A stretch of DNA of 64,000 nt. Origin: Bacilli bacterium. GTDB taxonomy: Bacteria; Bacillota_I; Bacilli_A; RFN20; CAG-826. Positions within the stretch are counted from its first letter, which is position 1. Each line of letters begins with the position of its first letter. The notes below the pieces were generated by a model. That model worked only from the letters and a program-made list of their open reading frames with translations, ran no database searches and had not been told where the DNA came from. The stretch covers positions 2,043 to 66,042 of the forward strand of contig JAKSVE010000003.1 in NCBI GenBank assembly GCA_024408295.1, written 5' to 3'. Shown piece after piece: positions 9,901 through 18,013 of the stretch. A program made the translations under genes and the position numbers.

Positions 9901-10479
9901 TGGTGCAGAGATGTCTTTAAGTTTGAAACATGCCGCAAATGCGTTGTCGGCAATGACGGTAATATGCTCGTTGACCGAATCCTCAGGAAGGCCTTGATGT
10001 GCGTATTTGACTGATTCCAAATTTCTACAATCCATGAATGTGGCGCATTGAATCTCGGTGATGTTCTCAGGCAGGACAATCTCGGTGAGATTAATACAGC
10101 ACATGAAAGCTTCTGGTTTAATCTCATCAATTGAATTCGGGATATCGACCTGCTCGAAATCGCAATTTGAGAATCCACCATAGGAAATGCATTTCACATC
10201 ATACGTCGTGCCATCGAATGTCAGTGTAGACGGGATCGTGAGATGAGTTGGTGTTGAACTCTTATCATCGTCTGCCCAGGCAATCGAAACAGCGGAAGAA
10301 TAATTCTTAAGAGTTTTACATAGATATTCGTAGTTGTTGCCGTCTCTTGCAACGAACGAAATCTCGTCATTTTCGGTGTATTTTTCCGCAAAAGCCACAA
10401 ATAAAGGTACATTCAAAAGAGACACGGCCACAACGGCAATGAATAGCATCAACATTTTTGATATAAAAGATTTCTTCAT
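6982..10479 (-). CDS. Secreted BspA-type leucine-rich-repeat (LRR_5, PF13306-like) surface protein
   Basis: 1165-aa ORF with signal peptide MKKSFISKMLMLFIAVVAVSLLNVPLFVAFA. Many ~23-aa repeats of the IPxSVxxIGxxAFxxCxxLxxI type, e.g. IPNSIDEIKPEAFMCCINLTEIVLPENITEIQCATFMDCRNLESV. The ATG lies 2 nt after the upstream stop. Confidence 0.8.
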   Translation of the reverse strand: MKKSFISKMLMLFIAVVAVSLLNVPLFVAFAEKYTENDEISFVARDGNNYEYLCKTLKNYSSAVSIAWADDDKSSTPTHLTIPSTLTFDGTTYDVKCISYGGFSNCDFEQVDIPNSIDEIKPEAFMCCINLTEIVLPENITEIQCATFMDCRNLESVKYAHQGLPEDSVNEHITVIADNAFAACFKLKDISAPKTLLEIGRCAFENCDSLPYLFLPNNPITIRSYAFSKCGNFSALHVPKNVACIEDFAFTQCDNLTVYFQCKESEVPSAYGRYYTYLYSTSNRDDYKIKTQFEVPSISGANQYPGLIYSITLNGSIVSESKKKTWKSRYSYATLLSYNRYDTDDVEGYMHNQILTLPDYVHDDATNADYPLAVIGPKAFAYHTELKGIIHNQTLVRIWYSAYQGCTEIEQLRYERCTELKEIGWRQFGNNDAGTSIGNNKIEELILPNSLEFFWSDCFIDLTMCSYLSFRTDPTADCCLGNIGNGTFRNMGKNSKKTFDLELPCSLSNYQAGQAGGSSVAVGSNSFNGAKSIRSVRMLECQHNTHGKTNDNKSQISFGDSAFNGCSNLVKFVSSHGLKTFSSNIFAGTGLKEIFLNLNFNTTANFGWNTNFLGTNGVVVYTDREPLDKTWMNPKSGYLRESTTGNSNPTDTTNSAGPVPYYVLGLGNLDTGVTYYNNGSIATVQENGGTTITQCLSTSVTPPLDLTLLDTPTPIKKIGDFAFGEKEVNTVYIPDTVEEIGDRAFLSKYNTNSSLPNKALSVFTYKVAGVVQTDPNGCASYCRLPSTCTKVGKHAFFNNAFQSVTTDASSTTFGISAFSTSPKLTTSATGHEVSSRMTYFDKTHLTLPNTSWSGDALYYDQNGNHYGLLYCMQASTTGNFVVETGTKYINCEAIFGTAATSISIPNTVTTVYPYGVAANPLLTEINGDLSGLKYINGSHIAAGDTEAWKTNHPMINNASFDNATYQGAFQRNKLLQKFDFTQLTSVYDIGDYAFNGDIALNKMSDSQPVYRYYNNSSSGVVTTKESGVFDLRNSTNLRYIGKAAFLECDKLEYMHLPDTTGNNKNRVSNLTLNNSKSFKTCNILVGERACQASPLVPNATGGTQYNTSTHYPTDSTKDSTVYYYAERKNDVSDANTGIKYWTYGATRQDFILFSNAANAKAGLPN

Positions 10480-10481
10480 TC

Positions 10482-13415
10482 CTATGCCCCTCCTCTATAA
10501 GTGTTTCCTAATTGCATGTATACCGCATTATTTTTATACGGCGCGTTATCTATCACGTAATACGGTGTCTTCTTTTTGTCCATAATTAGCAAGTAATCAA
10601 CGAATCTTGCACTCGTTTCATCGAATATCATCTTGAATGTTCCAGTAGATGAATCGGCAATGAACGAACCATTTGCAATATTGAATTCAATCGCCATTGA
10701 AACCTGTGAGAGATTATATTGATCTCTGGTGTTGTCTATTGGGCTATTCAACAAGAAGTCAACATTGGTGATGGAACTATCCATCATTGGTGAATCAGAT
10801 GATCCAATCGTGCCATCATCCTGTCCTTGCGCTGCCAAGAAATAGATGTTTGCGGTTCCGGATGCGGCACCAATGCAATACTCACCTTGTGGAAGTTTAA
10901 AGATGTGAGCGAAAAGCTTGCCAGATCTTCTTAAGCTTCCGGCATCGCTATCATATCTATCCACCGCCTTTGAACCAGTAGTTCCAGATGCGGCATCGTA
11001 TTTAAAGTATCTACACATATCATTGGCCTCGTTTTCGTTATTGTAATAAAGCTTCTGATAGGCCGATGGACCTGAATGCATTGTGTATTTCTTAACGAAA
11101 TCGGACGTGCTAGTGCCAGAATTGAAGCTATAGACAGAGATATCATCATTGTTGCCAACAACGGAAACGTTCGCTCCATTAGGGTTTTCAATCTTGAGAA
11201 TGATGGTATTTGAAGGATAGTAGGCTGAACTAGTATCGGTTTGGAATGCAAATTTTTGGCTTGGTCTACCAATTGGCATATAAGAAGATAAGCCATTCAA
11301 TATTTCGTTTTCGCTGCTTCTGAACATGAAACCGAATCTTTGTGTTCCCGGAGTGATGGATGCGCCGTATTTATCAATCAATCTGTTGGAAAGATAATTC
11401 GCAAGGAACGGGCTGCTGGTGTTGTAGAAGTAATTGTTTCCGTGAGTGTTATCAATATCAGCCAAATCCATTTCGTAGATATAGTCAAAATCCCTCTGAT
11501 AAAGAGGCGAGAAGGTGTTTACAGAACTCCAGCTTGGCTCGGTTCCGATGTTATCCAATTGGTTAGCAATGGCGTTCCATGTGTATCCCGTTCCAAATTT
11601 CGTGTGGTCGATTTCCGCAGTTGAATAATACACTTTGGTCTTAGCTTCTGCTTCATTCAGGATTCTGCTTGCACCAATATCGCGCGCAAATTCTGTGCCG
11701 AGGTTATCTTCTGTCAATGTTGTAGCGTTGTAATTTGTCGCGATTTTAAAGACGCCGAGACCTCTGTCTTTGCCTTCTTCATCAGCGATTACCTTGTTGT
11801 TTAGGAAATCGACAGAGTTAATGTATTTGAAATTGTCGTTGGTAACGCGAACATTTCCGCTAGAGCTCAGTTCTGACTGAGATTTGGTGATCAAGTGTCT
11901 TGATGATGATGCATCATAGCGGAGATATTCCCTATAAAGGTTGTCGACATCTTTCAATTTGTCGTCATAAGAAGTGTACGAGTATTTGGTTCCTCCAATC
12001 ATGGTGTAGGAACCCCATGCATTTGCACCGACAGCATAATTGTCTCTGATAACCCCATAGACTTTAGAGAAGTTCATAACACCTGTTTCACCGTGTAACT
12101 GCAATGCGATGTCCGGAGAGATGTCATTGAAAACACTGGCGCCGATTTCTCCAACCAAACCAGTTTGAGACTCACTCTTGATTGAAGTTAATCCGCCATT
12201 GTTGAGATTAAGCGTGCCGTTATATAGGAAACAGTTATTTAAGCTTCCATCAACGTGTCCTGCAATATATCCGATGTTGTTTCCATGGTGATAGTTCGTG
12301 TGATCACCCGCAACGAAATCGCAATACATGGTCATACCGTAATTGCCCTCGTCGTATGTAGATGCATTTGACCTGATCTTGCATAAATATGTCTGAACAA
12401 CACGCGAATACGCATAACCATCGATGATGATTGATGCGATTAATGAGATTCTAGTATCGACATAGACGTCATTGGTGTTGAACTCCTCGCTCTCTTCTAA
12501 TTTGGAGAAGTTGATACGTGCTCTTTCTTCCCCTTCTGCTTCAACCTTTTCAACTATGCCGGTAGAGAATCTCCAATAGTAGTTGAACGGCGTGCCGGTT
12601 GGAAGATAATTTGTGAAATAGAAATCGGAATAGTCTTTATCGTTGATACTGATCAGATGCTCGCTTGAATTGATTCGAGAATACGATGTCGCACCTAAGC
12701 CAGATGGATTCTTTAAATCGATTTCGCTTCCATTATAATGTAACTTAACTCCTCCATCCCTTGCAAAACGCTCAGTTTCTGCGGCAAAAATATCATCGAT
12801 ATCGCTGCCAAACAGCTGATCGACATGGTTTTTGCTTGAATCATATCCATAGGAATCGATAGTAAGATCTTTCAAGACGAGATTTTCAACAGATGCATTA
12901 GCGGCGACATATCCAAATACGCCAATATCTTCTGGATAACCAGAAATCTTTAGGTTAACGATCGGAACGTTGTGTCCATTGAATGAACCATAGAATGGTG
13001 TGCCTTCTTCTCCAATTGGAGGCATTGCGATAGACTGCATGGAAGACATATCCAAATATGAGGTGTATTCCATCTCTCCGTCTTCTCCAGGAAGCATGCA
13101 CTGATAACCAAGCTCTTCGTCAAATATGTGGCCAACAGTGAAATATGTCTTCTTTTCGAAAATACCAAGGTTCTGAAGACGGGTTAGATTATAGAAATGG
13201 ATTGGGGACACTATTTCGTATGGGTTCTCCTCTGTTCCGTTTCCCTGATAGAAATACGTTCTTAAGCCAACGCCACCACCGACAGTTTGATCGTCCTGAA
13301 CCGTAGGCAATGAGACTCTGAACCAAGCGTACGTTCCAATGCAAAAAGCGGTCGACGACAACATCGCCAACAAACCGGAGATATACAGTTTAAAGTTCTT
13401 ATTCCTAGCCGCCAT
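10482..13415 (-). CDS. 977-aa secreted/anchored protein of unknown function with TasA-type signal motif and probable beta-helix passenger
   Basis: The track start at 13475 uses an alternative codon. The preferred ATG at 13413-13415 overlaps the upstream stop by 11 nt. N-terminus is MAARNKNFKLYISGLLAMLSSTAFCIGTYAWF. GNGTEENPYEI and GLUG-like segments (GYIAGHVDGSLNNC, GLVGEIG) are present. No catalytic motif recognised. Confidence 0.7.
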   Translation of the reverse strand: MAARNKNFKLYISGLLAMLSSTAFCIGTYAWFRVSLPTVQDDQTVGGGVGLRTYFYQGNGTEENPYEIVSPIHFYNLTRLQNLGIFEKKTYFTVGHIFDEELGYQCMLPGEDGEMEYTSYLDMSSMQSIAMPPIGEEGTPFYGSFNGHNVPIVNLKISGYPEDIGVFGYVAANASVENLVLKDLTIDSYGYDSSKNHVDQLFGSDIDDIFAAETERFARDGGVKLHYNGSEIDLKNPSGLGATSYSRINSSEHLISINDKDYSDFYFTNYLPTGTPFNYYWRFSTGIVEKVEAEGEERARINFSKLEESEEFNTNDVYVDTRISLIASIIIDGYAYSRVVQTYLCKIRSNASTYDEGNYGMTMYCDFVAGDHTNYHHGNNIGYIAGHVDGSLNNCFLYNGTLNLNNGGLTSIKSESQTGLVGEIGASVFNDISPDIALQLHGETGVMNFSKVYGVIRDNYAVGANAWGSYTMIGGTKYSYTSYDDKLKDVDNLYREYLRYDASSSRHLITKSQSELSSSGNVRVTNDNFKYINSVDFLNNKVIADEEGKDRGLGVFKIATNYNATTLTEDNLGTEFARDIGASRILNEAEAKTKVYYSTAEIDHTKFGTGYTWNAIANQLDNIGTEPSWSSVNTFSPLYQRDFDYIYEMDLADIDNTHGNNYFYNTSSPFLANYLSNRLIDKYGASITPGTQRFGFMFRSSENEILNGLSSYMPIGRPSQKFAFQTDTSSAYYPSNTIILKIENPNGANVSVVGNNDDISVYSFNSGTSTSDFVKKYTMHSGPSAYQKLYYNNENEANDMCRYFKYDAASGTTGSKAVDRYDSDAGSLRRSGKLFAHIFKLPQGEYCIGAASGTANIYFLAAQGQDDGTIGSSDSPMMDSSITNVDFLLNSPIDNTRDQYNLSQVSMAIEFNIANGSFIADSSTGTFKMIFDETSARFVDYLLIMDKKKTPYYVIDNAPYKNNAVYMQLGNTYRGGA

Positions 13416-14277
13416 AACCAAACCTAAACATGTAATCGTCCACAACCACGAGGTTCTCCATACGGACGGCATCAATATATGATGTGAGTTTCTCTATGTT
13501 GTAATTAACGTTAATATACACGGTGACACAGTCGTCATCGTCTAAAACGCAATCACCATCATAAAGGGAGATTCTCTCTGTTGTTTCCTCGCCAAAGAAA
13601 TTCGAATGCTCGCTATCTTCAAGAGATGCAAGGTAACTGAGTTTGTGATAAATCTCCTCCCCTTCAGTCAGAACGGAAGATTGAGCAAGATACGATGGAT
13701 AATAATTCTTAAAACCATCAGTGATTAAGGATTCAGAAGACAAATCACTATCTAAATAGACGTCGAATTCCAAACATTCTGTTGCCTTGATTTGCCCCGA
13801 ACCCAGCGTGATTTCACGCAACAAAGACTCGACAACCAATCTCGTGTCAGGCACCAAGAATCTAATCTTTGCCTCATAGATGATGTTCGTATTCATCGAA
13901 AGCAATGTGCTGTGGTTGATTAATTGATCGAGCGGGTCATATAAATTCATGCCGGCGTCACGTTCTTCGAAAGCACCGTCGACTAACAAACCAAACTTGC
14001 ACTGTTCTTCCTCGTAAAGATATTTGGTGACGACGCCGCTTTCTGGATCAAGATAGTCGACGTACGATTCTGTTTCGCTGATCTTGACGGTTGGATAGAC
14101 AAACTTATATAAATTCAGTTCTTCTAACTGATAACGTTCTGGGTTTACTGCAGCTATATTGGACATCGAAACTTCTACATGTTGAATAGAAGTAAACCAA
14201 GCAAAAGTACCGGTAACTGCTGCACCGGCGGATAGGATGATAGCAAATATGGAGCATGCAATTTGTTTACGAATCAT
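13405..14277 (-). CDS. 290-aa acidic secreted protein of unknown function with TasA/camelysin-type signal motif
   Basis: Preferred ATG at 14275-14277 (track start 14301). N-terminus is MIRKQIACSIFAIILSAGAAVTGTFAWFTS. The mature part is D/E-rich with no recognisable domain. First gene of the three-gene operon. Confidence 0.65.
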   Translation of the reverse strand: MIRKQIACSIFAIILSAGAAVTGTFAWFTSIQHVEVSMSNIAAVNPERYQLEELNLYKFVYPTVKISETESYVDYLDPESGVVTKYLYEEEQCKFGLLVDGAFEERDAGMNLYDPLDQLINHSTLLSMNTNIIYEAKIRFLVPDTRLVVESLLREITLGSGQIKATECLEFDVYLDSDLSSESLITDGFKNYYPSYLAQSSVLTEGEEIYHKLSYLASLEDSEHSNFFGEETTERISLYDGDCVLDDDDCVTVYINVNYNIEKLTSYIDAVRMENLVVVDDYMFRFGYGG

Positions 14278-14361
14278 ACGTATCCATTCTGCAGCTGGCA
14301 ACCCTTTGAGGCCCTATAGCTTTGCGTCACACGATTTCTCGTGCTTTGCCTTTACGGGTTT

Positions 14362-14389
14362 ATTATACACACGTGTGTACGTATGTAAA
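14362..14389 (-). promoter_or_regulatory. Predicted sigma-A promoter of the surface operon with embedded 14-bp palindrome
   Basis: On the minus strand: TTTACA (14384-14389), 16-nt spacer, TATAAT (14362-14367). The perfect palindrome TACACACGTGTGTA (14366-14379) occupies the spacer and the -10 edge. Confidence 0.4.
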
Positions 14390-14471
14390 TGTTTAAAGCA
14401 CAAATGTCTGGCTATTTGAACAATAGAACGGTTTCTGTTTTTCTAGGCATTATTTATCAATATAAGTATAG

Positions 14472-14500
14472 AAAAAGCCTCGGTTTGTTGAAATCGAGGC
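14472..14500 (-). terminator. Intrinsic terminator of lysS
   Basis: GCCTCG (14477-14482) / CGAGGC (14495-14500) hairpin. On the minus strand it is followed by UUUUU (plus-strand AAAAA 14472-14476). Confidence 0.7.
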
Positions 14501-14517
14501 AGTTTTGTCGTGTTTTA

Positions 14518-16005
14518 TTACTTGTCGTCTCTTAATGTTGGGAAGAGGAGAACTTCTCTGATTGTATCCTGTTCGGTCATAAGCATGACGAATCTATCGA
14601 TACCAACACCGATGCCTCCTGCAGGTGGCATACCATAAAGGAGAGCGTCTAAGAATGTCATATCCATATCGTTAGCTTCATCGTCGCCTCTTTCTCTAGC
14701 GGCTAACTGAGCCTGGAATCTCTCAAGCTGATCGAATGGGTTGTTGAGTTCGCTATAAGCGTTGCCGAATTCGCATCCAGCAATGAAGAGTTCGAATCTA
14801 TCAACGAATCTTGGATCTTCGGTCTTCTTGGTTAATGGAGAGACTTCGATTGGATATGTGTGGATGAAGGTTGGCTGAACGAGTGTTGGTTCAACGAATT
14901 CATCGAAGAATGCCTGCATGATATAACCTGCTGAGTTCCATGACTTCTGGAGTGGAACGTTGTGTTCCTTAGCAAGCTTGACTGCTTCTTCGTAAGAGAT
15001 GTCCTGTGTGAAGTCAACACCACATGCGTTCTTGATAGCCTCTGCCATTGAGATTGATGCGAATGGCTTTGAGACATCGATATCATATCCATGCCAATGG
15101 AAGACTTCTTTGCCCATGACGTTCTTTGCGACACTGTGGAATAATCCTTCAACCCACTCCATCATGCTTCTTAAGTCACCATATGCCTGGTATAACTCGA
15201 TTGTGGTGAATTCTGGGTTGTGTCTGTTATCCATACCTTCATTTCTGAAGATACGGCCGATTTCATAAACTCTATCGATACCGCCGACCATGCACTTCTT
15301 GAGGTTTAACTCAGTTGCGATACGGAGATAGAAATCCTTATCGAGTGTATTGTGGTGTGTGATGAATGGACGAGCCGCTGCTCCACCGAGGATTGGTGAG
15401 AGGATTGATGTTTCGACTTCAACGAAGCCTAAGTCATCACAGTATTTCTGGATTGCTCTGACAATTTTTGGTCTAGCTAGAGCGATTCTTCTTGATTCGT
15501 CATTAACCATCAAGTCGAGGTATCTCTTTCTTGATCTGTCTTCAAGATCTGTGAATCCGTGGAACTTTTCTGGGAGTGGCTTCAAGCACTTTGTGATATG
15601 TGTGAACTTTGCGCATCTGATTGTGAGTTCGCCAGTTCTTGACTTCATCATTGTTCCTTCGATACCGACGATATCGCCTGTATCAGCAAGCTTGAAGATT
15701 GCGTAGTTGTCATCTCCAACAACGTTCTTTCCGATCCAGACCTGGATTGTTCCATATTCGTCTTTGACGGTGAAGAATGCTGCCTTGCCCATGCTTCTGA
15801 TGATCATGATACGGCCAGCGATGTTACATGGGATTGGGTTCTCATTGAACTGCTCCTCTGTATATTCTCCGTAATTTGCGCGTAAATCGATGATTCTATC
15901 CTTCCACTCATAGCGTGAGCCGAATGGGTCGATTCCTAATTCTTCGTACTTAGCAAGTTTTGCTCTTCTTGCTTCTTCTTGATCGTTGAGTCTTAATTCT
16001 TCCAT
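14518..16005 (-). CDS. lysS: Lysine--tRNA ligase, class II
   Basis: 495-aa ORF with OB-fold N-domain and class II core motifs (FRNEGMDNRHNPEFTTIELY, GGIGVGIDRFVMLMT). GGAGG lies upstream. dusB-lysS synteny matches Bacilli. Confidence 0.97.
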   Translation of the reverse strand: MEELRLNDQEEARRAKLAKYEELGIDPFGSRYEWKDRIIDLRANYGEYTEEQFNENPIPCNIAGRIMIIRSMGKAAFFTVKDEYGTIQVWIGKNVVGDDNYAIFKLADTGDIVGIEGTMMKSRTGELTIRCAKFTHITKCLKPLPEKFHGFTDLEDRSRKRYLDLMVNDESRRIALARPKIVRAIQKYCDDLGFVEVETSILSPILGGAAARPFITHHNTLDKDFYLRIATELNLKKCMVGGIDRVYEIGRIFRNEGMDNRHNPEFTTIELYQAYGDLRSMMEWVEGLFHSVAKNVMGKEVFHWHGYDIDVSKPFASISMAEAIKNACGVDFTQDISYEEAVKLAKEHNVPLQKSWNSAGYIMQAFFDEFVEPTLVQPTFIHTYPIEVSPLTKKTEDPRFVDRFELFIAGCEFGNAYSELNNPFDQLERFQAQLAARERGDDEANDMDMTFLDALLYGMPPAGGIGVGIDRFVMLMTEQDTIREVLLFPTLRDDK

Positions 16006-16053
16006 ACTTGTTCCTCCAAGTAGCGTGCATAGTTTAATACAAACTAGACTTAA

Positions 16054-16076
16054 TAAAAAGGCTGAATAATCAGCCC
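16054..16076 (-). terminator. Intrinsic terminator after the ABC exporter pair
   Basis: GGCTGA (16060-16065) / TCAGCC (16070-16075) hairpin followed on the minus strand by UUUUUAUU, directly after the stop at 16079. Confidence 0.65.
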
Positions 16077-16078
16077 TT

Positions 16079-18013
16079 TTAGTCTTTCATGGCGTTGCCG
16101 GTATACAACTGGTAGTATTTTCCGCCCTGCGCTATCAATTCGTCGTGCGAGCCTCTTTCAATGATTCTACCTTGGTCTAAGACCATGATAACATCTGAGT
16201 TCTTGACGGTTGAGAGTCTATGAGCGATGACAAATACCGTTCTTCCCTTCATGATGGCATCCATTCCCTTCTGGACCATCTCTTCTGTACGAGAGTCGAT
16301 AGAGCTTGTTGCTTCATCAAGAATCATGACAGGTGGATTTGCAATAGCCGCTCTTGCGATTGCGATAAGCTGCCTTTGACCTTGTGAGAGGTTGGTTCCA
16401 GCCTTCTCCAACATCGTGTCATATCCATTTGGGAGATTGGAGATAAATCTATGGGCGTTTGCGAGTTTTGCAGCCTCGATAATCTCTTCGTCTGTTGCGT
16501 CCAATTTACCGAATCTGATGTTATCCTTTACTGTTCCAGTAAACAATTCGGTATCCTGAAGAACCATGCCAAGGGATCTTCTCAAGTCATATTTCTTGAT
16601 CTTGTTGATGTTGATGTCATCGTATCTGACCTTACCATCCGCAATATCGTAGAAACGATTGATGAGGTTTGTGATTGTTGTTTTACCTGCGCCGGTTGGA
16701 CCAACGAATGCGACTTTCTGTCCAGGTTGTGCGTAAAGTGAGATGTTATGCAAGACAATCTTCTCTGGAACATATCCGAAGTCTACATCATAGAAGTCAA
16801 TCTTGCCTTTAAGCCAAGTGTATGAGACTTCTCCGTTTTCATGAGGATGTTTCCATGCCCATTTGCCAGTTCTTTCTTCAACTTCAATCGGGTTGCCGTT
16901 TTCGTCTTCCTTAGCGTTTACTAAAGTAACATAACCTTCATCAACTTCTGATGGGGTATCTGTTAATTCGAATATACGAGCAGCTCCCGCTAAGGCCATA
17001 ACGATTGCGTTTGTCTGCTGAGCAAGGTTGCCGATTGGGTTTGTGAATGACTTCGAGAGCATCAAGAATGTAACGATGACTCCAACGTCAAACATATCCG
17101 CCATCGGACCCAATGATGACTTGAATGTAAGTAAGACTGCAGCGATTAATCCAAGAATAATGTACTGCAAGTTACCAGCCTGATTAACAACTGGCATTAA
17201 GGTATTTGCAAACTTATTTGCCTTGGTTGATTCATAGCATAAAGCGTCGTTGAGCTTATCGAATCCTTCAACTGACTTCTGTTCGTGGTTGAAGACCTTG
17301 ACGACTCTCTGTCCATTAATCATTTCTTCGACATATCCATTGGTTTTTCCTAAAGCAATCTGCTGCTGAACGAAATGCTTTCCGGAACGTTTTGTAACAC
17401 CTTTGGTGAAGAAGAACATCGGGATTGTTAACGCAATAACAAGGAGAGCGAATATCCAGTTTGTGATGAACATGACGATGGTGACTGTGAGGATTGAGAA
17501 TGCACAGTTAACCACCATTGGCCATGAACGGGACATAGCTTCTCTAAGGGTGTCGACGTCGTTTGTGTAAATAGACATCAAGTCACCACGAGTTCTTGTG
17601 TCGAAATATGAAAGAGGTAATGTCTGCATATGCTCGAAAAGCTCGTCTCTTATTCTCTTCTGGGTTCCTTGAGCGCATTTGCACATCAAGAAATTGTAGA
17701 AGTAAATGCAGATGATACCGAAAACATAGACAGAGCCCATGATGATAGCCCACATGCCCATCTTCTTCATGATCTCATCACCCATTAAAGGGTTGTCTTT
17801 AAGTGGTGTGAGGATTTCATTGACGAAGACCATACCAACGAAGTAGTTGGACATGACCTGGGCGATACATGAACCGATAACGCAGAAGATAGAAGCGAAG
17901 AATTCAAATGGGTAATATTTGATTTCATATGCAAATATCCTCTTGATCGCGTGATTTCTAGCCTCTTTGCTGACTTTTCCAACGCGAGCATTAGATAACT
18001 TACTTGGTGGCAT
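16079..18013 (-). CDS. ABC transporter permease/ATP-binding protein (type I exporter half, heterodimer partner)
   Basis: N-terminal 6-TM exporter domain plus NBD (Walker A GPTGAGKTT, signature LSQGQRQ, Walker B MILDEATS). The preferred ATG at 18011-18013 lies 8 nt after GGAGG; the track start at 18022 is GTG. Confidence 0.9.
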   Translation of the reverse strand: MPPSKLSNARVGKVSKEARNHAIKRIFAYEIKYYPFEFFASIFCVIGSCIAQVMSNYFVGMVFVNEILTPLKDNPLMGDEIMKKMGMWAIIMGSVYVFGIICIYFYNFLMCKCAQGTQKRIRDELFEHMQTLPLSYFDTRTRGDLMSIYTNDVDTLREAMSRSWPMVVNCAFSILTVTIVMFITNWIFALLVIALTIPMFFFTKGVTKRSGKHFVQQQIALGKTNGYVEEMINGQRVVKVFNHEQKSVEGFDKLNDALCYESTKANKFANTLMPVVNQAGNLQYIILGLIAAVLLTFKSSLGPMADMFDVGVIVTFLMLSKSFTNPIGNLAQQTNAIVMALAGAARIFELTDTPSEVDEGYVTLVNAKEDENGNPIEVEERTGKWAWKHPHENGEVSYTWLKGKIDFYDVDFGYVPEKIVLHNISLYAQPGQKVAFVGPTGAGKTTITNLINRFYDIADGKVRYDDININKIKKYDLRRSLGMVLQDTELFTGTVKDNIRFGKLDATDEEIIEAAKLANAHRFISNLPNGYDTMLEKAGTNLSQGQRQLIAIARAAIANPPVMILDEATSSIDSRTEEMVQKGMDAIMKGRTVFVIAHRLSTVKNSDVIMVLDQGRIIERGSHDELIAQGGKYYQLYTGNAMKD

